Assembly: GCA_041650915.1 (NCBI GenBank)
Contig: JBAZKE010000002.1
Location: forward strand, 144,638-208,637
Reading direction: 5' to 3'
From: Patescibacteria group bacterium
GTDB lineage: Bacteria > Patescibacteriota > Patescibacteriia > UBA10025 > JAHIVO01
DNA length: 64,000 nucleotides
Below the pieces are notes generated by a model. That model was not told the origin of the DNA. It saw only the letters and a program-made list of their open reading frames with translations, and did no database searches. This document shows, piece after piece, positions 1-9,316 of this stretch; within the stretch, counting starts at the first letter, position 1, and each line of letters begins with the position of its first letter. The position numbers were made by a program, and so were the translations under genes.

Positions 1-141
1 CTTTTTGCCTCAGGCCGTCCGGCTGGCTCACTTGACTTTTCCACTATGTGCACTACAATAGTGTAAGCTTAAAAAAGTTTCACCGTTATTTGTACCAACA
101 AATAGCACACCTTAACAACCAATCCAACCAAGGAGGACCGC

Positions 142-411
142 ATGTCTGGAACCGAATGGTTCTTAAGCATTTCTCTGTTTCTTGCAAAGCACCTGCTGCT
201 GCAAACCAACCCGCTTACCATGATTATTGTCTTCTTATCGGCAATAATCTTGCTCATGATGCGGATTAAGAAGCCTCGACTGAGCTATACCGTGAAAACG
301 GTCGCGATTATCCTGCTCATCTGGGCTTCGGCCAATGGTGGCTGGTACCTTTGCTACAACGGCTGGGGCGTTGATGTCGTCAATTATGAACGGCTCGAAA
401 AAACCGAGTAG
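142..411 (+). CDS. Small hypothetical membrane protein (89 aa, two hydrophobic segments)
   Basis: ORF preceded by an AGGAGG Shine-Dalgarno about 6 nt upstream of the ATG. Hydrophobic stretches are consistent with TM helices. No recognisable family. Confidence 0.4.
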   Translation: MSGTEWFLSISLFLAKHLLLQTNPLTMIIVFLSAIILLMMRIKKPRLSYTVKTVAIILLIWASANGGWYLCYNGWGVDVVNYERLEKTE

Positions 412-591
412 CTCCATGAATATGCTGGCAGCAGCACAATATCGCTCATTCCGGCAAAAAAGCCAACGATAAAAGTAGTTCCTTCGAACCCTTTCACTCA
501 TTAGGAGACGCTATCATGAGTGATCCGCGCAGTACAACCCCACAATACCCGGTACGACAATCCACCTGTGTCCCGGGTTTTTCTTTTTCTC

Positions 592-2409
592 CTACTCAGC
601 TGCACCAGATAACTCTTCGACGCCAACGAGGCATACCTCTTGCCACGGCTTATAATGGCTCCGGAAGGTTTCTACTTTCTGCTCGCCGGTTACGTACGTG
701 ATCGTACGGGTAAACTCCGCGTCCGCGCCGGTGTGCGCGCGTTCGGTACACTTCTTCTCTCCGGGTGCGAGATCGGTAGTCTCGACGAGCTTCGTATCGC
801 CGGGGCGCACGAGGTTAAAAATGCTGGGCTGCGTCTGCTCCACCGCCCTTCCGTCTGCCGTGCCATAGAATCGGAACGTGAGATCATTGCCGTCAATCTC
901 CGTGGTGAAGAGAACGTAGTGCTCCGTATCGTTGATGAACTTAAAATCCGGCTTGGGATCATATATGGTGGCATCGGTTCCTGCGGGTTCGTAGTACGAA
1001 ACGCGGTACGAGTGGTTTGTGCGCTCGGTAATCGGGAAACCAGCGTCGAGTGCGGCGCGGAAAGCCGTCGTGCCAATCTGGCATAAACCCCCGCCGTACT
1101 CAGGAACGGTCTTATTGCCCTTGATCACGAGCTCCGGGAGGTAGCCGGTCGATGCCTCAATCTTTCCGAGCGCTCCGACGAGCGAAAACTCTTTTCCAGG
1201 CTCGATCAGTATTCCATTCAAGGCGCCTGCGCCAACGGTGATATTGTGCCTCCTGTTCTTCGGGCTGCCGGAAAAATTCGATTGCCCCTCGCCGATGAGC
1301 TCCCGGATCCCGAAATTGTTGACATGCTCGGTCGTCACCACCGGCTCAGTCACCTCGACCATAAGATCAATATCGCCAATGCCTACCTGGCGAATCTTCT
1401 CATTGATGCGCGCGATCGAATCCTCAATCAGCAGCTCCCGGCCGTTCCGCGACGGCTGAAATTCGAGCACCTTGCCGTTTTCCATAGCAAACTTTGCCTC
1501 GCGGGTTTCAATATCAATCTCCGCTGCGATCGGCCCGAGAAAAGTTTCAAGCTCGTCTCGATCCAGCTCGACGGTGACAGCGCTGTCAGCATACGCAAAC
1601 TCGAGCCAGATGCGGACCTGCTCTTCGGTAATAGCCCACCGGTAATCCTCATAGGCAACAACAAACGGTGCGGCATCGAGCGTCTGCTGCACGAGATTCA
1701 TCGCAGATGCAGCCGCCGACTGGGTAATACGCGGAAAGTCCGGCTCGAGCTGAACCGTCACTGTCCTATTGGCGAGCGAACCGAGATTTGCAACGGCTGA
1801 CTGCACGATTGCCTCGTAGTCGAACGCCTGCCCGCCCTGCTCGGGGGTTATTGAAATGTGATCCCCCTCTTCGATGACGAGCGACGCATCCACTGCCGGC
1901 TGCTCATACTTCGCGAGCTCGTGCCGCAGCGTCTCGGCGAGCCGGTCCGTATCAACATCAACCACGGGTGGAACCGCCCATCCCGCCACCGAGTAGTACA
2001 CCTTCTCAGCTTCATTCCAGCCCGCTTGTATTCCCGCGATCTGCTCAATTGTCGCATCGACATCGAATGAGAGGAGCCGGAACGACAGCTCGGGATTTGC
2101 CGTGTCTTCAACCGTCGAGGTGACCGGAAATTCCTCCCCACGGTAACTGAAAGTGATGCCCTCATCGATAATGGCATTCGTGACTTCCTCGAGCTGTTGG
2201 CGGGCGCTGCCGTACGTCATGCCGCCGAGGTCGAGGTACCCAACCTGCGTACCCGGGAAAAATTTCCCCTGGTACGACGCGCTGAAGAAGAAAACAAATG
2301 CAATCGCTGCCGTGCCGACAACGAGCAGGATAATAAAAATTCGCAATGCCAGCCGGTGCGGCGTCGCCTGCGGTACTCGCACATCTTTTTTTTGCCGTGG
2401 AGCTCCCAT
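592..2409 (-). CDS. VanW family protein (YoaR-like), N-terminal membrane anchor
   Basis: 605-aa ORF with an N-terminal TM helix. The C-terminal region has a GGGLCQIGTTAFRAALDAGFPITERTNHSY stretch typical of the VanW domain. Antisense ORFs on the + strand inside it are treated as shadows. Confidence 0.7.
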   Translation of the reverse strand: MGAPRQKKDVRVPQATPHRLALRIFIILLVVGTAAIAFVFFFSASYQGKFFPGTQVGYLDLGGMTYGSARQQLEEVTNAIIDEGITFSYRGEEFPVTSTVEDTANPELSFRLLSFDVDATIEQIAGIQAGWNEAEKVYYSVAGWAVPPVVDVDTDRLAETLRHELAKYEQPAVDASLVIEEGDHISITPEQGGQAFDYEAIVQSAVANLGSLANRTVTVQLEPDFPRITQSAAASAMNLVQQTLDAAPFVVAYEDYRWAITEEQVRIWLEFAYADSAVTVELDRDELETFLGPIAAEIDIETREAKFAMENGKVLEFQPSRNGRELLIEDSIARINEKIRQVGIGDIDLMVEVTEPVVTTEHVNNFGIRELIGEGQSNFSGSPKNRRHNITVGAGALNGILIEPGKEFSLVGALGKIEASTGYLPELVIKGNKTVPEYGGGLCQIGTTAFRAALDAGFPITERTNHSYRVSYYEPAGTDATIYDPKPDFKFINDTEHYVLFTTEIDGNDLTFRFYGTADGRAVEQTQPSIFNLVRPGDTKLVETTDLAPGEKKCTERAHTGADAEFTRTITYVTGEQKVETFRSHYKPWQEVCLVGVEELSGAAE

Positions 2410-2422
2410 TGCTGATGGTACG

Positions 2423-2803
2423 CTAGAGTAAGGTAATGATTAACGTCGGGAAGACCACGAGGCAGAAAATGAAAAACAGGGTCAGCTCGAGGCGCCGTTC
2501 GTCGCGATCAATCTCCTTCGGGTACGGCTTAAGCGAATCGTACATGTACTTGCCGATTGCAAAAACGAGAAAGACAACCGCACCGAAAAAGAGGTACATA
2601 GCGGAAACGATTATCGCATTGACCGTGCCTGCTGACAACGAAAATCCGGGTGTCGAAACAAAAAGCATCACAAAAAAGAGCGGCAAAACCATGAGGGTAA
2701 AAAAGGGCCAGTGCCCGATTGTAATCTCATGCTGAGGCACCGCCGCCCGCTTTTTTGCAGGCGGTTTTTTTTTCCGCTCCGGTAATGTACGCTCCGTTCG
2801 CAT
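2423..2803 (-). CDS. Hypothetical polytopic membrane protein
   Basis: 126-aa ORF with a Lys/Arg-rich N-terminus followed by three or more hydrophobic helices. Tightly packed between neighbouring genes on the same strand. Confidence 0.4.
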   Translation of the reverse strand: MRTERTLPERKKKPPAKKRAAVPQHEITIGHWPFFTLMVLPLFFVMLFVSTPGFSLSAGTVNAIIVSAMYLFFGAVVFLVFAIGKYMYDSLKPYPKEIDRDERRLELTLFFIFCLVVFPTLIITLL

Positions 2804-2804
2804 A

Positions 2805-3038
2805 CTATCCCCTCAATAAGTTATTGAGTACCTCTTTTGCGAGTTCCTTCCGTGCTGCCTCTTCGGTCTCATCGGTCGTTACGGCAATCCTGACTTTACT
2901 GCCGTCCCGAATGCCGTCTGGCAATCTCTTGATCGGCCACCGCACGACCTCCTTTCCCGGAAACGTGATAATCGCGTCGGTACCATCAAAACCGGTAACT
3001 ACGACTTCAAGGTAGCTACTACGTTCTTGGATCCCCAT
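2805..3038 (-). CDS. Small conserved hypothetical protein (DUF3006-like)
   Basis: 77 aa. Pattern GFDGTDAIITFPGKEVVRWPIKRLPDGIRDGSKVRIAV resembles the DUF3006 family (recalled from memory, not searched). Confidence 0.4.
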   Translation of the reverse strand: MGIQERSSYLEVVVTGFDGTDAIITFPGKEVVRWPIKRLPDGIRDGSKVRIAVTTDETEEAARKELAKEVLNNLLRG

Positions 3039-3042
3039 ACTG

Positions 3043-3522
3043 CTACTCCTCCTTTACCTTGACGACGGTCACCTTGCTGACCTTCTTGGCCTTCGGCAGC
3101 ACGACGGTGAGTATCCCGTTCTTCATTGATGCCTGGATGCTGTCGACCTTCACCTCACAGGGCAGGATGATCGACCTCGAAAAGCCGCCCCAATAGCACT
3201 CGCGGTAGAAATAATCGTCATCCGCCACCTCGTGCTCTTTCTCCCGCTTGCCACGGATCGTTATCATGTCATTATTTACGGAGAGGTCGATTGCCTCCGG
3301 CTTGACGCCGGCGATCGTCGACTTGATTACGATATTATCCTCGGTCTGGTATACGTCAACGGCGAGCTGCCCCGCATAATCCTCATCCTCGAGCCAGTCC
3401 TTGCCGTCAGCTCCAGCCGCTCCCTTCGGTGACGGCAACGAGCCATTCGCTTCCGACAGGCCGTTCGAAAATTTGTAATCGTACGTCTCGTCCGGTTCTT
3501 TACCTTTTGTATTTTTAGGCAT
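3043..3522 (-). CDS. Hsp20/alpha-crystallin family small heat-shock protein
   Basis: Alpha-crystallin domain motifs are present (AGVKPEAIDLSVNNDMITIRG ... GGFSRSIILP ... ASMKNGILTVVLPK). Start chosen at the internal Met (MPKNTKG) with an AGGAG SD upstream. The upstream 34-codon extension in the ORF track is rejected. Confidence 0.8.
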   Translation of the reverse strand: MPKNTKGKEPDETYDYKFSNGLSEANGSLPSPKGAAGADGKDWLEDEDYAGQLAVDVYQTEDNIVIKSTIAGVKPEAIDLSVNNDMITIRGKREKEHEVADDDYFYRECYWGGFSRSIILPCEVKVDSIQASMKNGILTVVLPKAKKVSKVTVVKVKEE

Positions 3523-3652
3523 AATACTCCTCTTATTCGTTATGGGTGTGTGCCCCAGTGCTCCTCTAGTATAGTATAAAGCGTTCCCCTCGGCAACGAC
3601 TGGAACATATTGACAGAAACGCACACCTCAGGTACAATTTCCAATCATTCAC

Positions 3653-3727
3653 GCCGCTGTCGTCTAGCCTGGCCTAGGACTCCACGCTTTCAATGTGGCA
3701 ACACGGGTTCGAATCCCGTCAGCGGTA
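3653..3727 (+). tRNA. tRNA-Glu (anticodon TTC)
   Basis: 75-nt cloverleaf read by hand. Acceptor GCCGCTG/CAGCGGT, D-arm GTCT-AGCCTGGCCTA-GGAC, anticodon stem CCACG/TGTGG with loop CTTTCAA (anticodon TTC), T-arm ACGGG-TTCGAAT-CCCGT, discriminator A. No encoded CCA. Confidence 0.8.
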
Positions 3728-3953
3728 TACAACCACGTTTCAAGAAACGATGCCGTGCGTACCATCGGTAGCGGATTTTATGGCAGCCAGGATTCGAACG
3801 GGCAGAAGCGAGCCTGCAGGGGAGCGCCGATGGATGCGAGCTGGCGAAGGATCCAGCGCTGCCCAGGACAAAAATTCAATCGGCGGCATTCTCATCGGGT
3901 GCGCATATCCTAACCGCATTTTTTTTTGCCGCCATACGGAGTATACTAGGTAC

Positions 3954-4601
3954 ATGCCAGATGATTTCCCATACTACTCAAAGAACGAGCGGGCCTTGCT
4001 GCGGGGCATCGCCTCATTCTCAAAAAAAGATCAGCGGCGCATCCAGGCTGCGATCCGAATTGCGAAACAGTACCACGCAGGCCAGGTGCGTGACGAAGCA
4101 GACACCGAAAATGCGGGGTATATCATACACTGCGTACGCGTAGCTCGCTGGCTCGCGGAGCACACCGCTCGTAATCCCGATGCGGTCATTGCCGGCTTGC
4201 TGCACGACAGCCTGGAGGATACACGCCTGACGGCAACGGACATTAAAAAAATATTCGGGCCAAAGGTGCTCAGCCTCGTACGTGCCGTCACGAGACCGCG
4301 TCCGTTCCGCGAAACGGAAGTTGAAAAAATTTTCAACAAGCCGAAGCAGCTAAAAGCGATCCTCAGGGCAAACCGCACCGTGCGCATGATTAAAACTGCG
4401 GACACCCTCGACAACATGCGCTCCTGGCCGTTCATTCCACGGAACCACCCGGTGCAGTACAAATTCCCCCGCTGGTTCAATGAAGCAAAAAAATTTTATA
4501 TCCCCATCGCGCTAACAGTCGATAAACAGGCTGCGGGCGAAATGGAAGGCATCCTCAACCGCAGCATGATCCCACGGCAAGATGAACATACTCGGTATTG
4601 A
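3954..4601 (+). CDS. HD-domain phosphohydrolase (RelA/SpoT-type HD domain protein)
   Basis: Motifs AIRIAKQYHAGQVRD, GYIIHCVRVARWLAEH and LLHDSLEDT match the HD hydrolase domain of ppGpp hydrolase-like proteins. The ORF-track start at 3693 overlaps tRNA-Glu and is rejected. Start set at MPDDF. The 3' end overlaps tsaD by 20 nt. Confidence 0.7.
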   Translation: MPDDFPYYSKNERALLRGIASFSKKDQRRIQAAIRIAKQYHAGQVRDEADTENAGYIIHCVRVARWLAEHTARNPDAVIAGLLHDSLEDTRLTATDIKKIFGPKVLSLVRAVTRPRPFRETEVEKIFNKPKQLKAILRANRTVRMIKTADTLDNMRSWPFIPRNHPVQYKFPRWFNEAKKFYIPIALTVDKQAAGEMEGILNRSMIPRQDEHTRY

Positions 4602-5604
4602 ATCGTCGTGTGATGACACGGCGGTCAGCGTCGTTCACGCGACGCAACGCGAACGCGCAATCCTTTCGCACGTCATCGCATCGCAAATAGCGACACACCG
4701 TCGGTACGGTGGCGTCGTGCCCGAGGTTGCTGCGCGGAAGCACGTCATCAACATTATTCCAGCGGTGGACTACGCACTCAAACAGAGCGGAGTGGCACCG
4801 AAAAAAATCGATGCAATTGCCGTGACGGTCGGACCCGGGCTCGTTACCTCGCTCCGCATCGGCGTCCAGACCGCCAAAGCGCTAAGCCTTGCGTGGGGAA
4901 AAAAAATCATCTCCATTAACCACATGGAGGGCCACCTGTACGCAAACTGGCATGGAAGAAATACTATTCCGCTCCCCGCGCTCTGCCTCGTCGTATCAGG
5001 CGGCCACACGGATCTCATGCTCATCAAACGGCACGGGGCATACAGCCTCATCGGCAGGACGAGAGACGATGCGGCAGGTGAAGCATTCGACAAGGTCGCG
5101 AAGATGCTCAGGCTCAGCTACCCGGGCGGCCCGGAAATACAAAAACTGGGCAAACGGGGCGATCCTGCCGCATTCACCTTTCCGCGACCGATGCTTACGC
5201 ATAGCAGCTACGATTTCAGCTTTTCGGGCCTCAAGACGGCAGTGCTCTACATGGTACGACAAAATCCGCGGCTAGTAAAAACGAACTTACCGGATATCTG
5301 CGCGAGTTTCCAGCGGGCGGTTACCGACGTGCTCATAGCCAAAACAGTCCGCGCGGCACAGGCGCTCTCCGTACGGAGCGTACTGCTCGCTGGGGGGGTC
5401 GCGGCGAATGCTGAGCTGAGGCTGCGTCTCGGCTGCGCGGTCCGCGAAACGCTTGGCCCTCATGCCCTCTTCACTGCCCCGCCGCCCGAATACTGCACTG
5501 ATAATGCGAGCATGATCGCCATCGCCGGGTACTACCGCCGTTCCGGAGCACGGGCCACGCACTGGAAAACGCTCGAAGCAAACCCAAACTGGGAACTGGT
5601 ATAA
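4582..5604 (+). CDS. tsaD: tRNA N6-adenosine threonylcarbamoyltransferase TsaD (Kae1/Gcp family)
   Basis: N-terminus MNILGIESSCDDTAVSVV. Conserved HMEGH and GGVAAN motifs of the Kae1/TsaD family. 340 aa. Confidence 0.9.
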   Translation: MNILGIESSCDDTAVSVVHATQRERAILSHVIASQIATHRRYGGVVPEVAARKHVINIIPAVDYALKQSGVAPKKIDAIAVTVGPGLVTSLRIGVQTAKALSLAWGKKIISINHMEGHLYANWHGRNTIPLPALCLVVSGGHTDLMLIKRHGAYSLIGRTRDDAAGEAFDKVAKMLRLSYPGGPEIQKLGKRGDPAAFTFPRPMLTHSSYDFSFSGLKTAVLYMVRQNPRLVKTNLPDICASFQRAVTDVLIAKTVRAAQALSVRSVLLAGGVAANAELRLRLGCAVRETLGPHALFTAPPPEYCTDNASMIAIAGYYRRSGARATHWKTLEANPNWELV

Positions 5605-5649
5605 AGAGTTGATTTTTGGTAAAATAGCTGCGTCATCAGCTATTTTCTT

Positions 5650-8199
5650 ATGACCACGGAGTTACATAAGGCATACCAACCGAAAGACATTGAATCCGGC
5701 ATCTACGCAAAATGGGAACGGTCCGGTTTTTTTAATCCGGACAAAATGCCGAGCCCCAGAAAAAAATCTTTCACCATATCCATGCCGCCGCCGAATGTCA
5801 CTGGAGAACTGCATCTGGGGCATGCGACCGGCCTGACCATCCAGGACATCATGACCCGCTACCACCGGATGAAAGGGGACCGGACGCTCTGCCTACCGGG
5901 AACCGACCACGCCGGCATCTCCACCCAAGTCATGGTGGAACGCCTTATTGCGTCTGAGGGAGTCAACCGGGACAGCCTCGGACGGGCTGAATTCCTGAAA
6001 CGCGTGTGGCAATGGAAAAAAAAATACGGATCAAGAATTACTACCCAAGTCCGCCAGCTCGGTATATCGTGCGATTGGTCGCGCGAACACTTCACCATGG
6101 ATCCGGCGCTTACTGCCGCAGTGCACAAAGCGTTCATCACGCTTTTCAACGAAGGGCTAATCTACCGCGGGTCGCGCATCGTGAATTGGTGCCCGCGCTG
6201 CGCAACGGCGCTGTCTGACCTAGAAGTCAAGCACGTTGAAACTTCGGGCAAGCTTTGGTTTATCCGCTACCCGCTGTCCGGTTCAACAAAATACATCGTC
6301 GTAGCTACGACCCGGCCGGAAACCATGCTCGGTGATACAGCCGTGGCTGTGAACCCAAAAGACAAACGCTATGCCCAGTATGTCGGAAAAAAAATCATCC
6401 TGCCGATCGTAAACCGGGAAATTCCGATCGTTGCTGATGCGCGCGTGGACATGGAATTCGGCACCGGCGCGGTGAAAGTCACGCCGGCCCACGATGCCGC
6501 CGACTATGCCATCGGACTGGACCACCGCCTGCCAGCCATCAACATCATTGGCCAGGACAATACAATGACGAAAGAAGCGGGTGAGTATTACGGCAAAAGC
6601 GTGCAGGATGCTCGCCACGATATTTTTATCCGGCTGGAGGATGAAGAGCTGGTCGAAAAAACCGTTGACTACATCCACCAGCAGGCGCGGTGCGACCGGT
6701 GCAGCACACCGATTGAGCCGCTCATTTCCAAGCAGTGGTTCCTGAAAATCGCGCCGTTGGCCAAACCGGCGATTTCGGCAGTCAAATCCGGAAAGATCAA
6801 TATTATACCCAAACGCTTTGAAAAGGTTTACTTCCATTGGATGAACAACATCCACGACTGGTGCATTTCCCGCCAGCTATGGTGGGGCCACCAGATACCG
6901 GTCTGGTACTGCCAGAAATGCCAGGAACCTGCTGCCAGCTCTGACAAGCCAAAAGCATGCAAAAAGTGCCGCGGCAAACAGTTTAAGCAGGAAGAAGACA
7001 CGCTCGACACCTGGTTTTCCTCCGGCTTGTGGACGTTCTCAACGCTCGGGTGGCCGAAAAAAACCAAGGATTTAAAACTGTTCCACCCGACGTCGGTCAT
7101 GGAAACCGGCTGGGACCTGCTCTTTTTCTGGGTTGCGCGCATGGTTATGCTGAGCCTGCATTTCACCCATAAGGTGCCATTCAAAACTATTTACCTGCAT
7201 GGCATGGTCCTGGACAAGCACGGGAAAAAAATGTCCAAATCAAAAGGAACCGGCATTGACCCGATCCTGATGACCGAAAAATACGGAACAGACGCCATCC
7301 GCCTTTCGCTCGTGCTCGGCACTGCTCCGGGTTTGGACTATCGGCTGTATGAAGAAAAAATCGCCGGGTACCGCAACTTTATCAATAAACTGTGGAATGT
7401 CGCGCGGTTTACCCTTTCCCAGCCCGCGCCGAAAACCAAAAAGCTTGAGGCAAAAACCCTGGCTGACACATGGATCATGGGCAGGCTGAACCAGCTGGTT
7501 GCAGACGTTACAAAAAATATTGATAATTTTAAATTTTCTGAAGCAGGCACCGCACTCTATGACTTCCTTTGGCATGATTTTGCCGACTGGTACCTGGAAA
7601 TTGCAAAGCATGAAAAAAATTACGGTGTGCTGCGTTCCGTTTTAACCACATGGCTCAAACTGGCCCACCCGTTTATCCCGTTTGTGACGGAAGAGATCTG
7701 GTCACGCCTTGCACATACCGGCAAAAATAACATGCTTATCGTCCAGGCCTGGCCGCACCCTGATAAAAAAACTTCCAACAATACCGCAAAAAAAGAATTT
7801 GCAATGTTGCAAGAATTTGTTACCGCCGCACGCAATATTCGTACTCAAAAAAAAGAACCCGCGAGCGATACAATAACTGCACATATTCAGGGAAAAGGAG
7901 AAAAACTCATTTTAAAAAATAAAAAGATTATCAGTCAACTTGCCAAAATCGACGTGACAACCAAGAATGGTTCTCAAATGACTCACTTTCACGCTGCGGG
8001 CGTAAACTGTTGGCTTGAGCTTTCCCGTGGCTCCGCAGTCGACCTTGAACGTCAAACTCGAGATATTTCTTCCTATATCCAAAGACTGGAGGAAAAACTT
8101 TCCAATAAAAATTTCACCGAACGGGCGCCGAAAGACGTGGTGGATAGGGAACGGCAGAAACTGGCTGAAGCACAGGAAAAGCTTAAAAAACTTTTGTAA
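5650..8199 (+). CDS. valS: Valine--tRNA ligase
   Basis: Class I aaRS with PPPNVTGELHLGHA (a ValRS-type HIGH region) and KMSKSKGTGIDP (KMSKS). The C-terminus is coiled-coil. 849 aa. Confidence 0.92.
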   Translation: MTTELHKAYQPKDIESGIYAKWERSGFFNPDKMPSPRKKSFTISMPPPNVTGELHLGHATGLTIQDIMTRYHRMKGDRTLCLPGTDHAGISTQVMVERLIASEGVNRDSLGRAEFLKRVWQWKKKYGSRITTQVRQLGISCDWSREHFTMDPALTAAVHKAFITLFNEGLIYRGSRIVNWCPRCATALSDLEVKHVETSGKLWFIRYPLSGSTKYIVVATTRPETMLGDTAVAVNPKDKRYAQYVGKKIILPIVNREIPIVADARVDMEFGTGAVKVTPAHDAADYAIGLDHRLPAINIIGQDNTMTKEAGEYYGKSVQDARHDIFIRLEDEELVEKTVDYIHQQARCDRCSTPIEPLISKQWFLKIAPLAKPAISAVKSGKINIIPKRFEKVYFHWMNNIHDWCISRQLWWGHQIPVWYCQKCQEPAASSDKPKACKKCRGKQFKQEEDTLDTWFSSGLWTFSTLGWPKKTKDLKLFHPTSVMETGWDLLFFWVARMVMLSLHFTHKVPFKTIYLHGMVLDKHGKKMSKSKGTGIDPILMTEKYGTDAIRLSLVLGTAPGLDYRLYEEKIAGYRNFINKLWNVARFTLSQPAPKTKKLEAKTLADTWIMGRLNQLVADVTKNIDNFKFSEAGTALYDFLWHDFADWYLEIAKHEKNYGVLRSVLTTWLKLAHPFIPFVTEEIWSRLAHTGKNNMLIVQAWPHPDKKTSNNTAKKEFAMLQEFVTAARNIRTQKKEPASDTITAHIQGKGEKLILKNKKIISQLAKIDVTTKNGSQMTHFHAAGVNCWLELSRGSAVDLERQTRDISSYIQRLEEKLSNKNFTERAPKDVVDRERQKLAEAQEKLKKLL

Positions 8200-8214
8200 A
8201 TCCTACTCAATAAC

Positions 8215-8247
8215 AAAAAACACCCTCGCCAACTAAGGATGTTTTTT
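8215..8247. terminator. Hairpin between convergent valS and downstream minus-strand gene
   Basis: AAAAAACACCCT ... AAGGATGTTTTTT inverted repeat, A/T-rich on both sides, lying between convergent genes. Bidirectional terminator-like. Confidence 0.35.
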
Positions 8248-8255
8248 GGATAAGC

Positions 8256-9113
8256 CTATTTTTTCAATTCAATGCAATCAAGGGTGGCCTGATACATATT
8301 GGCGCTCGTCTCCGTATTCCATTCCATGCTGACGGTATGCGTGCCTGCCGCGACAGAGAATAAAGCCTGTGTGGCCATAGTAGTATGGTTCGTATTGTCA
8401 CCACCGGCCGTTCTCTGTATGCGCACGGTCCGCTGAATCAAAGTGCCATCCAGCAGCATCTGTACCCAAATGAACTCGTTATCATTCATTGTATCGCCAT
8501 AACCACTCCACATGCAGAGCACGGTGCTTGCTCCTGTGGTGATTGACAGGGATTGCAGCGTATCAAATTCAGCCTCGGTTTTTATCGTATTAACGTCGGT
8601 TACCAAGCTGCTCTCCACTCCCTGCGTAACCGCATTGCTGTCAATATCTGCCGTAGTTACGGTGCTGTCGCTGATTTTGGCGCTGTTCACGGCACTATCA
8701 GCCATATCGCCGGTAGCGATTGTCCCATCGAGAATGTTCCCCGTACTCACAATGCCCGTTCCCGATAGTGATGTAGCTGCCAGCGCCCCGGTGGAAAGGG
8801 AATCTGTGGCCAGGGAACCGACCACCTCCATGTTATCATTGACAATCAGGGGCAGGGAATCGGCAGTGCCGGCGGTTGCGCCGCGGTAGATTCGGCCGTC
8901 AATTCTGACGTTGTCGCCGAAAGTGACAGGATTGTCGGCAGTGCCGGCGCCCGTCGTGTCATTTACGATTGTGCCATTGAAATACGTCACGCCTCCCGTG
9001 CCTTGCTTGCCTACGGTCAGGGAATCAAAAGCGCCGCTGGCGGCTTTCACCACACCGGCGGTCAATGCCATTGACGCGATAACTACCAACGCGATTATGA
9101 ACTTCCTTCTCAT
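8256..9113 (-). CDS. Secreted Thr/Gly/Asp-rich repeat protein (signal peptide; beta-helix/fibre-like)
   Basis: Start set at MRRKFIIALVVIASMALTAGVVKA (signal peptide) with a GAGAGGGGGTGAT SD. The body is low-complexity T/G/D/S-rich with repeating TxD/SxT motifs. No catalytic motifs. Confidence 0.5.
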   Translation of the reverse strand: MRRKFIIALVVIASMALTAGVVKAASGAFDSLTVGKQGTGGVTYFNGTIVNDTTGAGTADNPVTFGDNVRIDGRIYRGATAGTADSLPLIVNDNMEVVGSLATDSLSTGALAATSLSGTGIVSTGNILDGTIATGDMADSAVNSAKISDSTVTTADIDSNAVTQGVESSLVTDVNTIKTEAEFDTLQSLSITTGASTVLCMWSGYGDTMNDNEFIWVQMLLDGTLIQRTVRIQRTAGGDNTNHTTMATQALFSVAAGTHTVSMEWNTETSANMYQATLDCIELKK

Positions 9114-9316
9114 AGTATCACCCCCTCTCATACTACGGATACGCGTATAGTATAAATCAATTGCCCCATTCCAGCAAAATGGCGATAAGAAAATCAATGA
9201 AAAAACAACTTGGGATAACTGCTCCCCGCCCGCTTTTTTTGCCCCGTGCCGGTCAACCAGCCAGTCTCGCGTTAACGTTTTAGCCGGAACTATCTACCGG
9301 CGAGCGCAAAAATTCT

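Noticed and set aside
640-1800. Plus-strand ORFs 640..1086 and 1246..1800 inside the VanW gene
   Set aside because: These are antisense shadow ORFs within a well-supported minus-strand gene. Their amino-acid composition is Arg/Leu-rich low complexity.
3760-3900. tmRNA (ssrA) hypothesis based on CCAGGATTCGAACGGG
   Set aside because: There is no GGGG-type 5' acceptor arm, and no tag reading frame ending Ala-Ala-stop. The HD-domain gene starts only about 190 nt later, leaving too little room for a tmRNA.
3693-3953. N-terminal 87 codons of the ORF-track ORF 3693..4601
   Set aside because: It overlaps the hand-verified tRNA-Glu and has no motif content. The HD-domain homology begins at MPDDF (3954).
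9198-9316. Possible terminator or ncRNA downstream of the PilB-like gene
   Set aside because: There is only a weak 5-bp hairpin (GCCGG...CCGGC) and no convincing stem plus T-tract.
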